This document shows, one piece after another, positions 28,044 to 38,072 of a DNA stretch of 64,000 bases. Origin of the DNA: Oceanispirochaeta sp. (GTDB lineage: Bacteria > Spirochaetota > Spirochaetia > DSM-2461); the NCBI GenBank assembly GCA_963663385.2, contig CAXXXD010000002.1, forward strand, positions 1,152,001 through 1,216,000. The letters run 5' to 3'. A program made the position numbers and the translations under genes. The notes under the pieces are model-generated. The model did no database searches. It saw nothing but the letters and a program-made list of their open reading frames with translations, and was not told the DNA's origin. The first letter of the stretch is position 1; each line of letters starts with the position of its first letter.

Positions 28044-31007
28044 ATGTTTTACATCTATTTCGAACTGGATAATAAAAAACAGCTTCTGAGCCTTTACAAT
28101 GACCGGATACAGGGGATTCTGAATAAGGTTGAATCCCTTCTGAATGAAGCCGGAGGCTCCCGTTACGGCGAAGAGGAAGATATTTTCCGCTTTGCCGCTC
28201 TCTATAAGGAAACCGCCCTCAATATTCTGGACTGTGCCGAAAAAATGAAGGCTTTTCTTGACAGTAATGAGGAGCATCTCTACGGTTATACGATCATCCT
28301 TTCGGCCGATCATGACGGAGAAGACCTGAGCATTCACTTTCATAACCTGTCGCTGCTGGCAGAGACGGAAAACGGGATCTGGCTGGAGCAGTCGGCTTTA
28401 AGCCGTTACAGCGCATTTATCGAGCCGGTGGATGATGAGGAGAATGTTCTTCTTCCGATAAAACTGAAAACGGAGAAGATGCTGTTTCTGGAAGATCTGT
28501 ACAGGAACTTCCTTCTGCGTCCCGATCAGACCTACCGTATAAAAAAAGAGATGAACGAGTGGCTCTATCGGGATAATGAACCGAGCGGGCTCTTTCTTCA
28601 AACCAGCGATCCTGATGAAACCCTCATGATTTTAAAGGATGTTTTTGAGGACGACCGGGCCCTGATAGAACAGTATCTGCTGATTGAACCGGCCAGGGAC
28701 TACTGGGATGCTCCCGAACCTCTGATTGTTTTTCTGAATCAGGGATTTCTGGATCAGGCCGGACAGTATCTGTCTCCCGACGAACAGTCCAGATGGAAGA
28801 AGGACGGTCCCTTTTTAAAGAAAATATGCCAGTCCGACTGGTACCTGCAGTGCTGCGATCAATTTAAAACGGATCTGATTAATGCTCTAACCCTCTACTG
28901 GTCCGCCTGCCTGAGGAAGCTGGATACCTATCCGACTCCTCCGGTTCTGATTATCCGGGAACCCGGCCTCTTTACAGCCCAGTCCATGGCGCTCCTTTAT
29001 GAGTTACTGGAAAATCTGATAATACAGCAGCCGGGGCAGAAATTCATTCTCCTTTCCAGGGAAGAGGATCTGCCTGAGATTTTTGAAAAAGATGTTTTGA
29101 GGACTCTGGATATTCCCCGGTCCAGAAGTGACGCCGCCATTAAAAAGGTCAATGATTCCTTTCCGGATACCACAGTTTCCATTGATGATATTATGAAAAC
29201 CTATACCCGGCTGGATCACTCCCTTTCTTCCCTTTTTTTTCACTTCTGGAATCTGAATGAGGATCACTTCAGCAACAGAACGGAACGTCCGGAATGGATT
29301 TTCCTTCAGAATCAGGACATTGTACTGCTTGAAATCCTCTATGTCTGCCTGTACAGCCGTTATTTTATTACCAGGGATCTGCTTATCTCCTTTTTTGAAA
29401 AAAGGAAGATTCCCGCTCCGGAAGTGGAGGAAAGGCTGAAGAGGCTGGAAAACCTTTCCTTTATCCGTTTCAATTCGGGAAGCTGCGGTGTCAGGGGAAG
29501 GCTGGATGCCGTCGAGTTTCTTGATAAGCACCCTGTTCTAAAACGGGCATCCCTGAATCAGGAGTTTTCCCGTTTTCTGGAAAAACAGTACAATAACAAG
29601 AACATCCGCACTTTGAGCGGCCTTTTTTCCTATCTGAACCTGGCGGGGGATATTGATTTCGGTTTGAAGATTCTGAACAGGATTCTGAATCACCTGCTGG
29701 ATCTGCGTCAGATCTCCCTGGCGGAGGATCTTCTTCATTCCCCTCTTTTCCCCAAGCGGGAGCTGGCCAACTTTCAGCAGGAGGGGCTGCATAATATTCT
29801 CTACGCAGGCAGGCTGAGATGCGCTCTGCTGAAACGGGACAGGAAGGATCTGGTTAAGAAAATGAATTCCGGTTATCTCTCCCTTATGCAGGCCCAGGGG
29901 GAGTATTCAGAGGAATTCCAGCTTCAGCAGGCTCACTACCATGCTGTCAACGGTGATTCCGATGCGGCTCTTATTGCGGTAAAAAAGAGCCTTTTCGCTT
30001 TTCAGAAAAACAGTGACCACTCCGGGGAGACCCGGGCGAATATTGCCCTGGCCCTGACCCTCCTTTCCCAGAGAAAGATGCAGGCCGCGGTGGATTACTT
30101 CGAGATTGCCATGAGGATTGGGGAGCAGCTGGAGGATAAAATCTCCAGTTTGTTCAGCAGCCGTTTTATGGTTCTGGCTGCCTACCTGTACGGGAATATC
30201 TCCATGGCTCTCCGTCTGCTGGAAAGCCAGATTGATAATGTTGCAAATGAGAGGAACCGGGAAACCCAGATTTTTCTGCTTTTTCTGAAGGGGCGAATCT
30301 TTTTTGAACTGGGCCGCTACTCCGAGTCTTTTAAAATCCTCAAAGAGGCTCTGCGCCTGGGCAAGCGTTACAATATGAAGTCCCAGATCCGTGTTATTTC
30401 GGCATGGATGGGACGTTCCCTCTGTTTCGGCCATAGTGAAAAGATTGCTCTGGATCTGCTGGAGAAGCAGCCTGTTTCGCTGGAGACGGCTTTTTTCAAG
30501 GCGGAGGCTCTCTATCTGGCGGGCAGCACGGGAAGGGCCCTGGAGATCCTTCAGGGGGCTATGAAGAAGTATGATAAAAGGAAGGAGTTTATCCACGAGC
30601 TGAACTGCTGGGAAGACGGTTACCGCCTGATTGAGGGGCATCTTTCGGATAACAGTTTTTATGAGGATGTTCTGTATGATCAGGTTCTGGGGTTCTACTA
30701 CTATCTGTTGGGAAAGAGCGGCCGTAAGCAGGAGGCTCTTGAGGGGCTGAAACCTCTGTGCCGGATGGATGCGGCGTATAATCAGCAGCCCTTCGGGTAC
30801 TACTTTTTCTTTTATGCCCATGATCTGATGCAGGATGATGACGATCTGAAGGGCGAGAACAATATGATTCTTCTTTCCCATGCGTTCAAGCTGCTTCAGA
30901 CCAGGGCGGGGCGCTTTGATAATCAGCAGATGAAGCATAGCTACTTCAGGAAGAATTACTGGAATAACGAGGTGGTTAAGAAGGCTCAGGAGATGAATTT
31001 TATTTAA
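28044..31007 (+). CDS. Large hypothetical protein with C-terminal TPR-like repeats
   Basis: 987-aa ORF; helical repeats such as LKGRIFFELGRYSESFKILKEAL. Confidence 0.8.
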   Translation: MFYIYFELDNKKQLLSLYNDRIQGILNKVESLLNEAGGSRYGEEEDIFRFAALYKETALNILDCAEKMKAFLDSNEEHLYGYTIILSADHDGEDLSIHFHNLSLLAETENGIWLEQSALSRYSAFIEPVDDEENVLLPIKLKTEKMLFLEDLYRNFLLRPDQTYRIKKEMNEWLYRDNEPSGLFLQTSDPDETLMILKDVFEDDRALIEQYLLIEPARDYWDAPEPLIVFLNQGFLDQAGQYLSPDEQSRWKKDGPFLKKICQSDWYLQCCDQFKTDLINALTLYWSACLRKLDTYPTPPVLIIREPGLFTAQSMALLYELLENLIIQQPGQKFILLSREEDLPEIFEKDVLRTLDIPRSRSDAAIKKVNDSFPDTTVSIDDIMKTYTRLDHSLSSLFFHFWNLNEDHFSNRTERPEWIFLQNQDIVLLEILYVCLYSRYFITRDLLISFFEKRKIPAPEVEERLKRLENLSFIRFNSGSCGVRGRLDAVEFLDKHPVLKRASLNQEFSRFLEKQYNNKNIRTLSGLFSYLNLAGDIDFGLKILNRILNHLLDLRQISLAEDLLHSPLFPKRELANFQQEGLHNILYAGRLRCALLKRDRKDLVKKMNSGYLSLMQAQGEYSEEFQLQQAHYHAVNGDSDAALIAVKKSLFAFQKNSDHSGETRANIALALTLLSQRKMQAAVDYFEIAMRIGEQLEDKISSLFSSRFMVLAAYLYGNISMALRLLESQIDNVANERNRETQIFLLFLKGRIFFELGRYSESFKILKEALRLGKRYNMKSQIRVISAWMGRSLCFGHSEKIALDLLEKQPVSLETAFFKAEALYLAGSTGRALEILQGAMKKYDKRKEFIHELNCWEDGYRLIEGHLSDNSFYEDVLYDQVLGFYYYLLGKSGRKQEALEGLKPLCRMDAAYNQQPFGYYFFFYAHDLMQDDDDLKGENNMILLSHAFKLLQTRAGRFDNQQMKHSYFRKNYWNNEVVKKAQEMNFI

Positions 31008-31108
31008 AACTCACTCTTTTTCTCATATACTGCGTTTGAAAAACGCTCATTTAGCATACTAAACTTCGCCTTTTTCAGCCTTGTCTATGATAAAAATAGT
31101 TGAGTTTT
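31006..31108. repeat. Long palindromic (ERIC-like) element
   Basis: AAAACTCA/TGAGTTTT ends, TGAAAAA/TTTTTCA, TTTAG/CTAAA; carries GCGTT and GCCTTG motifs as at 14969. Confidence 0.65.
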
Positions 31109-31183
31109 GGTTGCCGGTAGTGCTTGTTGATTAGTATTGGGAAAGCATGGTTTCAGGAAATAAAACTTTTTTTCGGAACCCTG

Positions 31184-31213
31184 TTGACAACTTTTCGGGG
31201 TTTAAGGTATATT
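31184..31213 (+). promoter_or_regulatory. Sigma70 promoter of the tRNA gene
   Basis: TTGACA(31184-89)-18-TATATT(31208-13). Confidence 0.75.
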
Positions 31214-31229
31214 ACGCAAGCAATCGCAT

Positions 31230-31302
31230 GGTGGCGTAACTCAGTTGGTAGAGTAACCGGCTCATATCCGGTCTGTCAGGGGTTCAAGTCCCTTCGCCAC
31301 TA
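31230..31302 (+). tRNA. tRNA with CAT anticodon, probably elongator tRNA-Met (Ile2 not excluded); CCA not encoded
   Basis: GGTGGCG/CGCCACT acceptor stem, ACTC/GAGT D arm, ACCGG-CTCATAT-CCGGT anticodon arm, AGGGG-TTCAAGT-CCCTT T arm. Confidence 0.95.
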
Positions 31303-31305
31303 AAT

Positions 31306-31334
31306 AAAAAGCAGTCCTTTCGGGCTGCTTTTTT
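31306..31334 (+). terminator. Rho-independent terminator after the tRNA
   Basis: AAAAAGCAGTCC-TTTC-GGGCTGCTTTTTT. Confidence 0.85.
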
Positions 31335-31736
31335 GTTTATAACCGGTAAAATGTCGAAGGGACTTGAACCCTTCTACAGTTATGTGTCTGAAGCTGATTA
31401 TTGGTTTTCTATGAGGGATAAGTTTCTTTATGAGCCCTCTTCCCTGACCCCCCGGTCACGCCCTGAGGTTGTTGCTCTGGCATGCATCCGGCTCTGGTCA
31501 CTCCGCTGCGCTGCGTTGCTCGAGTATGCATCCGGCTTCTCACAGGGGGAGACGGGGAAGTCTTGTTTTATTATTTTCTAACATTATATCTTGTTGAACT
31601 AATATGTCATTTCTATTATTTGAGTCCCTGTATCAGGGAGAGGTCTGTTCAACAGAGTAATGTTGTATAAGTTTCCTAAAATGGGAATGTTAATATTGAT
31701 TTATGGTAATTTATGACAAATAATTATTATATTGAT

Positions 31737-32939
31737 ATGAAGAGAATAAAACCAATAAAAAACGAAGAAGATTATGAATGGGCTCTGGAAGAAATCGAAG
31801 CGTACTTTGATGCTTCAGCGGGGAGTGATGAAGCTGATTATCGTGATGTTCTTGCCATTCTGGTAGAAAAATATGAAGAGGAAAATTATCCTGTTGATCT
31901 TCCTTCGCCAATAGACGCTATCAGGTTCCGTATGGATCAGCTGGGTTTAAATCAGAAAGATATGATTCCTTATTTGGGAAGCTTATCAAAGGTCTCTGAA
32001 GTATTATCCGGGAAAAGATCATTGACGATGAAAATGGCACGGGGTCTTAATGCGGGTTTGGGAATTTCTGCGGATATACTGCTGCAGGATATGCCGGTAC
32101 AGAATTTTGATGAATTAAGCGGTTTTGATTTTGACAGGTTCCCGATAACCGATATGGAGAACAATGGAGCTTTCCGGTGGTTTCAAATTCAGAATATCAG
32201 GGATAAAGCGGAAGAAGTTATTACTCTTATGATTCAGGCTCTCGGGGGGAGAGAGGCTTTGCCGTCAGGGCTATACAGAAAAACCGCATCTCCCCGATTA
32301 AGTGCCAAAACAGATTCTTATGCTCTTCTCGGGTGGGAGCTTCAGGTTTTACTTGAAGGGAAGATGAATCCGGTCAAACCGCATTTTTCTCGTGAAAAGC
32401 TGACAGAGAAGGTTCTGGGGCAACTGGTCGGTTTGAGCCGTTTACATGAGGGGCCTTTGCTGGCAAAGGAATTCCTTGGCGATTACGGTATCAATCTTGT
32501 GATTGTTCCCCATTTAAAGAAAACCTATCTTGACGGGGCTTCCTTTTTGACAAAAGAGGGAAGGGCTATTATCGGGATGTCTCTCCGTTATGATAGAACT
32601 GATAATTTCTGGTTTACTTTGTGTCATGAACTGGGGCATTTGATGAAACACCTTTCTCCGGATGATTTTATTATTGATGATTTAAATATGAAAGGATCCG
32701 AATCTGATACTGATGTGGAGCAGGATGCCGATAGATTTTCAGAATCAATTCTTTTTCCGGAAGGATTCGGTGAGAAATCATTTGACCTGTGGACTTCCCG
32801 GGATGTGAAGATAGAAGCGGAACGGCAGGGGTGTCATTCTGCTCTGATTGCGGGGCATCTTCAGCATGAGCTGGGGAATTACAGGAAGTTCCGGAATCTT
32901 GTGGGACAGGGAGAGGTTCGGAAACTGTTTTTGGGGTGA
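31737..32939 (+). CDS. HigA-type HTH antitoxin/regulator fused to ImmA/IrrE (M78) metallopeptidase
   Basis: IKPIKNEEDY, PIDAIRFRMDQLGLNQKD, SEVLSGKRSLT; FWFTLCHELGH (HExxH); start may be 31713. Confidence 0.88.
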   Translation: MKRIKPIKNEEDYEWALEEIEAYFDASAGSDEADYRDVLAILVEKYEEENYPVDLPSPIDAIRFRMDQLGLNQKDMIPYLGSLSKVSEVLSGKRSLTMKMARGLNAGLGISADILLQDMPVQNFDELSGFDFDRFPITDMENNGAFRWFQIQNIRDKAEEVITLMIQALGGREALPSGLYRKTASPRLSAKTDSYALLGWELQVLLEGKMNPVKPHFSREKLTEKVLGQLVGLSRLHEGPLLAKEFLGDYGINLVIVPHLKKTYLDGASFLTKEGRAIIGMSLRYDRTDNFWFTLCHELGHLMKHLSPDDFIIDDLNMKGSESDTDVEQDADRFSESILFPEGFGEKSFDLWTSRDVKIEAERQGCHSALIAGHLQHELGNYRKFRNLVGQGEVRKLFLG

Positions 32940-33122
32940 GGATTTTTATTCTGATATGGGCATTCCCCCAAAAAAATCGACTTTTCTAAAAAGTAAATGG
33001 CTGTTACTATAAATTATCGGGAGTTTTTTTACTCCGGTGATGATGTAAAAATAAGGAAGATGGCATGTATAGCTTGAATACAGAGACGCAGATATGATTT
33101 CAGATTCGCCAGAGGAACCGGT

Positions 33123-34153
33123 ATGACCGGAAAGGATATTGTATCCCCGGATAAAAACTTTTTTGAGGATATTCGGGGCATTCTGAGAACAGCCCGCAGT
33201 CAGGCTTATGCCCAGGTTAATACAACCATGGTGAAGGCTTACTGGCAGATAGGTCAAAGGATTGTAAAACAGGAACAAAAAGGAAAGGACCGTGCTGATT
33301 ATGGTACTTTTCTGATTAGGAATCTTTCCAGAGAACTGGGCAATGAGTTCGGAAAAGGTTTTTCCGTAGCGAATTTGAAAAATTTCCGTCAATTTTATAT
33401 GACTTTTCCTGAAGAAGAAAAAAGCTACGCAGTGTGTAGCCAATTGAATTGGTCTCATATCAGGCTTATTATGCGGCTGGATAATATAGATGAGCGGGAT
33501 TACTACATCACTGAATCGCGGGAGCAGAACTGGAGTGTCCGTCAGCTGGAACGTAATATAAAAAGCGGTTATTTCCAGCGTCTGCTTTCTACGCAGAATA
33601 AAGAAATTACAACCGGTAGCTGCAGGCTATTCAGTCTGAATTTCTTAAAGATCCCTATGTGCTGGAGTTTCTGGGGCTGCCGGAGAGTTCCGATTATAAA
33701 GAATCTGCCCTGGAGCAGGCTATTATCAGTAATCTGCAGAAGTTCCTGCTGGAACTGGGGAAGGGGTTTTCTTTTGTAGGAAGGCAGTTCCGCATCAGTA
33801 CGGAAACGTCACATTTTTATATTGATCTGGTTTTTTACAATTATCTGCTGAAGTGTTTTGTGATTATTGATTTAAAGACTGAAAAGCTGTCGCATCAGGA
33901 TATCGGTCAGATGGATATGTATGTCCGCATGTTTGACGATCTGAAGCGCGGGGAAGACGATAACCCTACCATCGGGATTATTCTCTGTGCTGACAAAGAT
34001 GAAACGGTTGTCAGGTATTCGGTACTGAAAGACAGCGAACAGTTGTTTGCTTCCCGGTATAAAACTATTTTACCTACAGAGGAAGAGCTGGCCCGTGAGC
34101 TGGAGTTTGAGGTGGAAAGGGTTAAGCGGATGCTGGAGGGGTATAATGAGTAG
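33123..34153 (+). pseudogene. yhcG: YhcG/DUF1016 PD-(D/E)XK nuclease, split by a frameshift at about 33620-33655
   Basis: N-half YWQIG...FSVANLKNFRQFY...WSVRQL; conserved KDPYVLEFLGL and FLLELGKGFSFVGRQ continue in the -1 frame. Confidence 0.85.
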
Positions 34154-34486
34154 GGGGGCTGGATGGAAATGCCAAGCCTTATGCTGCCGGGGTTATTAAA
34201 TAGAGGGGCTGGCTTCGGGACCTGGTGCTTGATGAGCTGGTGGATGGTTTGGTGTTGTTGAGGATTTCATTCGGGTGGATTGAGACTCTGGGGCAGTGGG
34301 TTGTTCGTTGGGGCATAGAATTGTTTGTGAAGGTACTTTAGAGTTGATAAACGTTGTGGTTGAAGCCTACCGGAGGATAGGGCGATGTATAATCCTGTTT
34401 CTATTTTATAAAAAGAACAAAAAATCAAAGATGGATTCCTCGATTTATGGCATTGTTCTATAATACGACGTGAGGACATTCTTAAT

Positions 34487-34933
34487 ATGGACCATTTATC
34501 TAAAGAAAAAAGAAGCTGGAATATGAGTAGAATCAGGTCAAAAGATACAAAACCTGAATTACTAGCACGTTCCGCTCTACATAAGATGGGCTACCGTTTC
34601 CGTTTAAATGGGAAAGTAAGTAAGAATATTTATAAAAAGGGTGTACTGCCTGGGAAACCAGATATAGTACTCGCAAAATACAGGACAGTTATTTTTGTAC
34701 ATGGGTGTTTTTGGCACCGTCATGAAGGATGCAGTCGTTGTACTACTCCCTCTACAAACCAGAATTACTGGCTAGAGAAATTCGAGAAAAACAAATTTCG
34801 TGATAAACTTGTTATCAAAGGATTGAAAGACATGGGATGGCAGGTAATTGTGATCTGGGAATGTGAAGTGAAAAGTGATTTAAAAGACGTGTGTGAATTA
34901 TTAAAACAAAGAATGGAAAAGGATGAAAGATAA
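34487..34933 (+). CDS. vsr: Very short patch repair endonuclease
   Basis: RSWNMSRIRSKDTKPE, LPGKPDIV, FVHGCFWHRH, IWECE. Confidence 0.96.
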   Translation: MDHLSKEKRSWNMSRIRSKDTKPELLARSALHKMGYRFRLNGKVSKNIYKKGVLPGKPDIVLAKYRTVIFVHGCFWHRHEGCSRCTTPSTNQNYWLEKFEKNKFRDKLVIKGLKDMGWQVIVIWECEVKSDLKDVCELLKQRMEKDER

Positions 34934-36059
34934 TATTTTTAGATTAGGTGAGCTTTTTTGTGGGCCAGGTGGAATAGCTGTAGGAGCTTCTAAGGCTGAA
35001 GTTGAAGGTTGTAAGATTGAACATGCATGGGCAACTGATTATCATCCTGATACCTGTGAAACTTATAGGAAAAATATCTTTCCAACTACACCTGAAAAAG
35101 TTATTTGTCAGGATATAAGAACATTAGATATGAATGTATTAGGAGAAGTTTCAGATGTTGATGCCCTTGCATTTGGTTTCCCATGTAATGATTTTAGCTT
35201 GGTAGGTGAGCAAAAGGGGGTCAAAGGGGAATATGGACCGCTTTATACATATTGTGCTAAGGCAGTTAGACACTTCAGGCCAAAATGGTTCCTAGCTGAA
35301 AATGTCGGTGGACTGAAAAGTTCTAATGAAGGAAGCGCATTTATCTCCATTCTGAATGAATTTAGAGATTGCGGTTACAATCTTTATCCACATCTTTACA
35401 AATTTGAAGAATATGGTGTTCCTCAGGCAAGACATAGAATCATTATAATAGGGATTCGATATGAGATTGATGTTGAATTTAAAATACCTGCACCAACTGG
35501 AATTACTAAAACTGCAAAAGAAGCATTAAGTAACATTCCTGAGAATGCCCCGAATCAAGTTATCACTAAACAGTCGAATACTGTAATCGAGAGACTCTCA
35601 CATATTAAACCTGGAGAAAATGCATTCAACGCTGATCTCCCTGAACACTTAAAGTTAAAAGTGAAAGGTGCAAAAATCAGTCAGATATATAAACGTTTAG
35701 AACCAGACAAACCTGCATACACTGTTACTGGCAGTGGGGGAGGAGGTACACATATGTATCACTGGGAGGAGCCAAGAGCGTTAACTAACAGAGAGCGTGC
35801 TCGACTTCAAACTTTTCCTGATAATCATGAGTTCTACGGTTCTAAAGAGAGTATCAGAAGACAAATAGGTATGGCAGTTCCAGCAGATGGAGTTAAACAG
35901 ATATTCGACGCATTACTTAAATCTTTTGCAGGTATCCCATATTCATATGTAGAACCAACTTTTGAAATCCTTCGTTATGACCCCGATCATAACACTTTAG
36001 AATTAGAGAAGAGTAAACTGATGGAAGAAATAGCTGCATACGGGAAGGAATTATCCTGA
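34923..36059 (+). CDS. dcm: DNA (cytosine-5)-methyltransferase
   Basis: FCGPGG (motif I), GFPC (IV), ENV (VI), QARHR (VIII), RERARLQTFP (IX), QIGMAVP (X). Confidence 0.95.
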   Translation: MKDNIFRLGELFCGPGGIAVGASKAEVEGCKIEHAWATDYHPDTCETYRKNIFPTTPEKVICQDIRTLDMNVLGEVSDVDALAFGFPCNDFSLVGEQKGVKGEYGPLYTYCAKAVRHFRPKWFLAENVGGLKSSNEGSAFISILNEFRDCGYNLYPHLYKFEEYGVPQARHRIIIIGIRYEIDVEFKIPAPTGITKTAKEALSNIPENAPNQVITKQSNTVIERLSHIKPGENAFNADLPEHLKLKVKGAKISQIYKRLEPDKPAYTVTGSGGGGTHMYHWEEPRALTNRERARLQTFPDNHEFYGSKESIRRQIGMAVPADGVKQIFDALLKSFAGIPYSYVEPTFEILRYDPDHNTLELEKSKLMEEIAAYGKELS

Positions 36060-36100
36060 AAAATATTAAGCATAATTGTAATACTGCACAGGGGTGATAT

Positions 36101-38065
36101 ATGGAAGTTTTTCTTGTAAAAATAACAAATCGGGAAAATGTTGATAAAATTTTGGTTAGTGAAGAGTTTACTCATAAAGGTATTTATAACTTTGAATCTG
36201 AGATAAAAGAAAATTCACCAGTTTTCATAGTTTTTAGCGGTGATAAAGCACATATTGATTGGGAACAAGGAGTTATCGGTTTTGGTCATGTTACTAAAGC
36301 CCCATATGAGAAAGGGTATGATCCATCTAACAAACGATATTTTAAAATAGATATTCAACCTGATTTTATTCTAGAGCATCCACTTGATCCCAAATTTACC
36401 AAATTGCATCCAATATATCAAAATGAGTTATACGATGCACCATATGTTGGAGCCAAGCACTTTCCTAATCAAGCAATTGCTAAAGCTTCTGGTAAAAGTG
36501 CTGAAGCGTTGTATTATTTATTTAAAGATATAAAACCAGAATCTGTTGCTAATCTTAATTATCCATTTTTGAAGAATCTTTCTATGCCTAGTCTAGAGTT
36601 ATTCAGGCTGTATTTAGAGTCACGGATACCGAAGCTAAAAGAGAAATCTATTTCAAATTATATTTCAGGAGTTAAAAGTACATGTTCTTGGATAGGTTTT
36701 AATATTGATGAGCTTTTTTCAATGAGTATTGATGAAGTGAAACAAATTTATAATATAATCTGTAATGATCAGCGTGATAAAACAGGGAAAAAAATGTACA
36801 GTAGCGCTGTTCAAAAAGTTATTGAGTTCTTAATAGAAGAAAATGGAATAACACAAAATAACAGTATAGCTTCTTTAGAAAAATATACACAATTAACCAA
36901 ACCCTTTCTCCTCCTAGCGGGCATCAGCGGTACAGGTAAAACCCGTTTCGTTCGAGCCCAGGCAGCCCGATCAAACGGTTGGTATGCTGACGATTCTCAA
37001 AAGCCGGATAACTACGAACTGGTAGCTGTTCGTCCCGACTGGCATGAACCGTCAGATCTGCTCGGATATGTAAGCCGTATCGATGGAACAAAATATGTTC
37101 CAACCAGCTTTCTGAGATTTCTGGTAAAAGCATGGCAGGATGTATTCGACAATAGCGGTTCTTTGACAGGAATCGGTGAAGGAACACGGCCGTTCTGGTT
37201 CTGTCTAGATGAGATGAACCTAGCTCCAGTTGAGCAGTATTTTGCCGACTATCTTTCCATACTTGAGTCACGAAAATGGACAGATGCCGGGTACAGTTCT
37301 CTACCGATAATCAGTGATAACCTTGAGCACGTTATGGAAGCATTCGGTGGTAATGCAGAAGACGCTCTCTGGAGTGCCTTTCTTGATAATGGAGGGATTC
37401 CCCTGCCTCCGAATCTCATTGTGGCAGGCACAGTGAATATGGACGAGACCACCCACGGCTTTTCCCGGAAAGTAATCGACCGCGCCTTAACACTGGATTT
37501 TCAAGAGTTTTTTCCAAACAGATACAACGAGTTCTTTACTCCTCAAACAGAGCCGAAGCTGTTTGGATTTTCAATGGCATCACAAGTGAGCTCTCCTGAA
37601 GACCTCAGTGAAGCAACCGCTGATCCTAATGGAGAAAAGTCTATCAATTTTCTTTCAGAAGTGAACCGTACGCTCAAATCAACACCATTCGAACTTGCCT
37701 ATCGTGCACTAAATGAACTTTTACTGTCTGTGAAATGCTTCAAGCCGGAAAACAAAGAATCTCTGATTGCTGTATGGGACGACTTCCTAATGCAGAAGGT
37801 GCTGCCGCGTATTGAAGGAGATGCAGAAAAACTCTGCTATACGGGAGAGGAAGAGAGCGGTTTGCTCAATGGTCTGAGTAAATTTATCCGAAATGAGTTT
37901 AAAACCATGTTAAATACAGTCGATAACAGCATTACCAGACCCGATCTTCTTAATCAGAAAGTCGATGGCAGTGATGCAGAACCATGCAGCTGCAAGTCCC
38001 TTGATAAGATTGCCTGGATGCAGAATCGTTTAGAACAGAATCAGTATACTTCATTCTGGGCTTAG
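36101..38065 (+). CDS. mcrB: McrB-family AAA+ GTPase (NxD-type) with N-terminal EVE/PUA-like domain
   Basis: GISGTGKT, VRPDW, LDEMNLAPVEQYFADYLS, GTVNMDETTHGFSRKVIDRA. Confidence 0.9.
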   Translation: MEVFLVKITNRENVDKILVSEEFTHKGIYNFESEIKENSPVFIVFSGDKAHIDWEQGVIGFGHVTKAPYEKGYDPSNKRYFKIDIQPDFILEHPLDPKFTKLHPIYQNELYDAPYVGAKHFPNQAIAKASGKSAEALYYLFKDIKPESVANLNYPFLKNLSMPSLELFRLYLESRIPKLKEKSISNYISGVKSTCSWIGFNIDELFSMSIDEVKQIYNIICNDQRDKTGKKMYSSAVQKVIEFLIEENGITQNNSIASLEKYTQLTKPFLLLAGISGTGKTRFVRAQAARSNGWYADDSQKPDNYELVAVRPDWHEPSDLLGYVSRIDGTKYVPTSFLRFLVKAWQDVFDNSGSLTGIGEGTRPFWFCLDEMNLAPVEQYFADYLSILESRKWTDAGYSSLPIISDNLEHVMEAFGGNAEDALWSAFLDNGGIPLPPNLIVAGTVNMDETTHGFSRKVIDRALTLDFQEFFPNRYNEFFTPQTEPKLFGFSMASQVSSPEDLSEATADPNGEKSINFLSEVNRTLKSTPFELAYRALNELLLSVKCFKPENKESLIAVWDDFLMQKVLPRIEGDAEKLCYTGEEESGLLNGLSKFIRNEFKTMLNTVDNSITRPDLLNQKVDGSDAEPCSCKSLDKIAWMQNRLEQNQYTSFWA

Positions 38066-38072
38066 AGTTCTA

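Noticed and set aside
31333..31670. Small ORFs after the tRNA as a candidate HigB toxin
   Set aside because: They translate repeat or palindromic DNA and lack RelE/HigB features
34154..34420. G/T-skewed stretch between yhcG and vsr
   Set aside because: Probably a decayed gene, but no frame or family could be assigned
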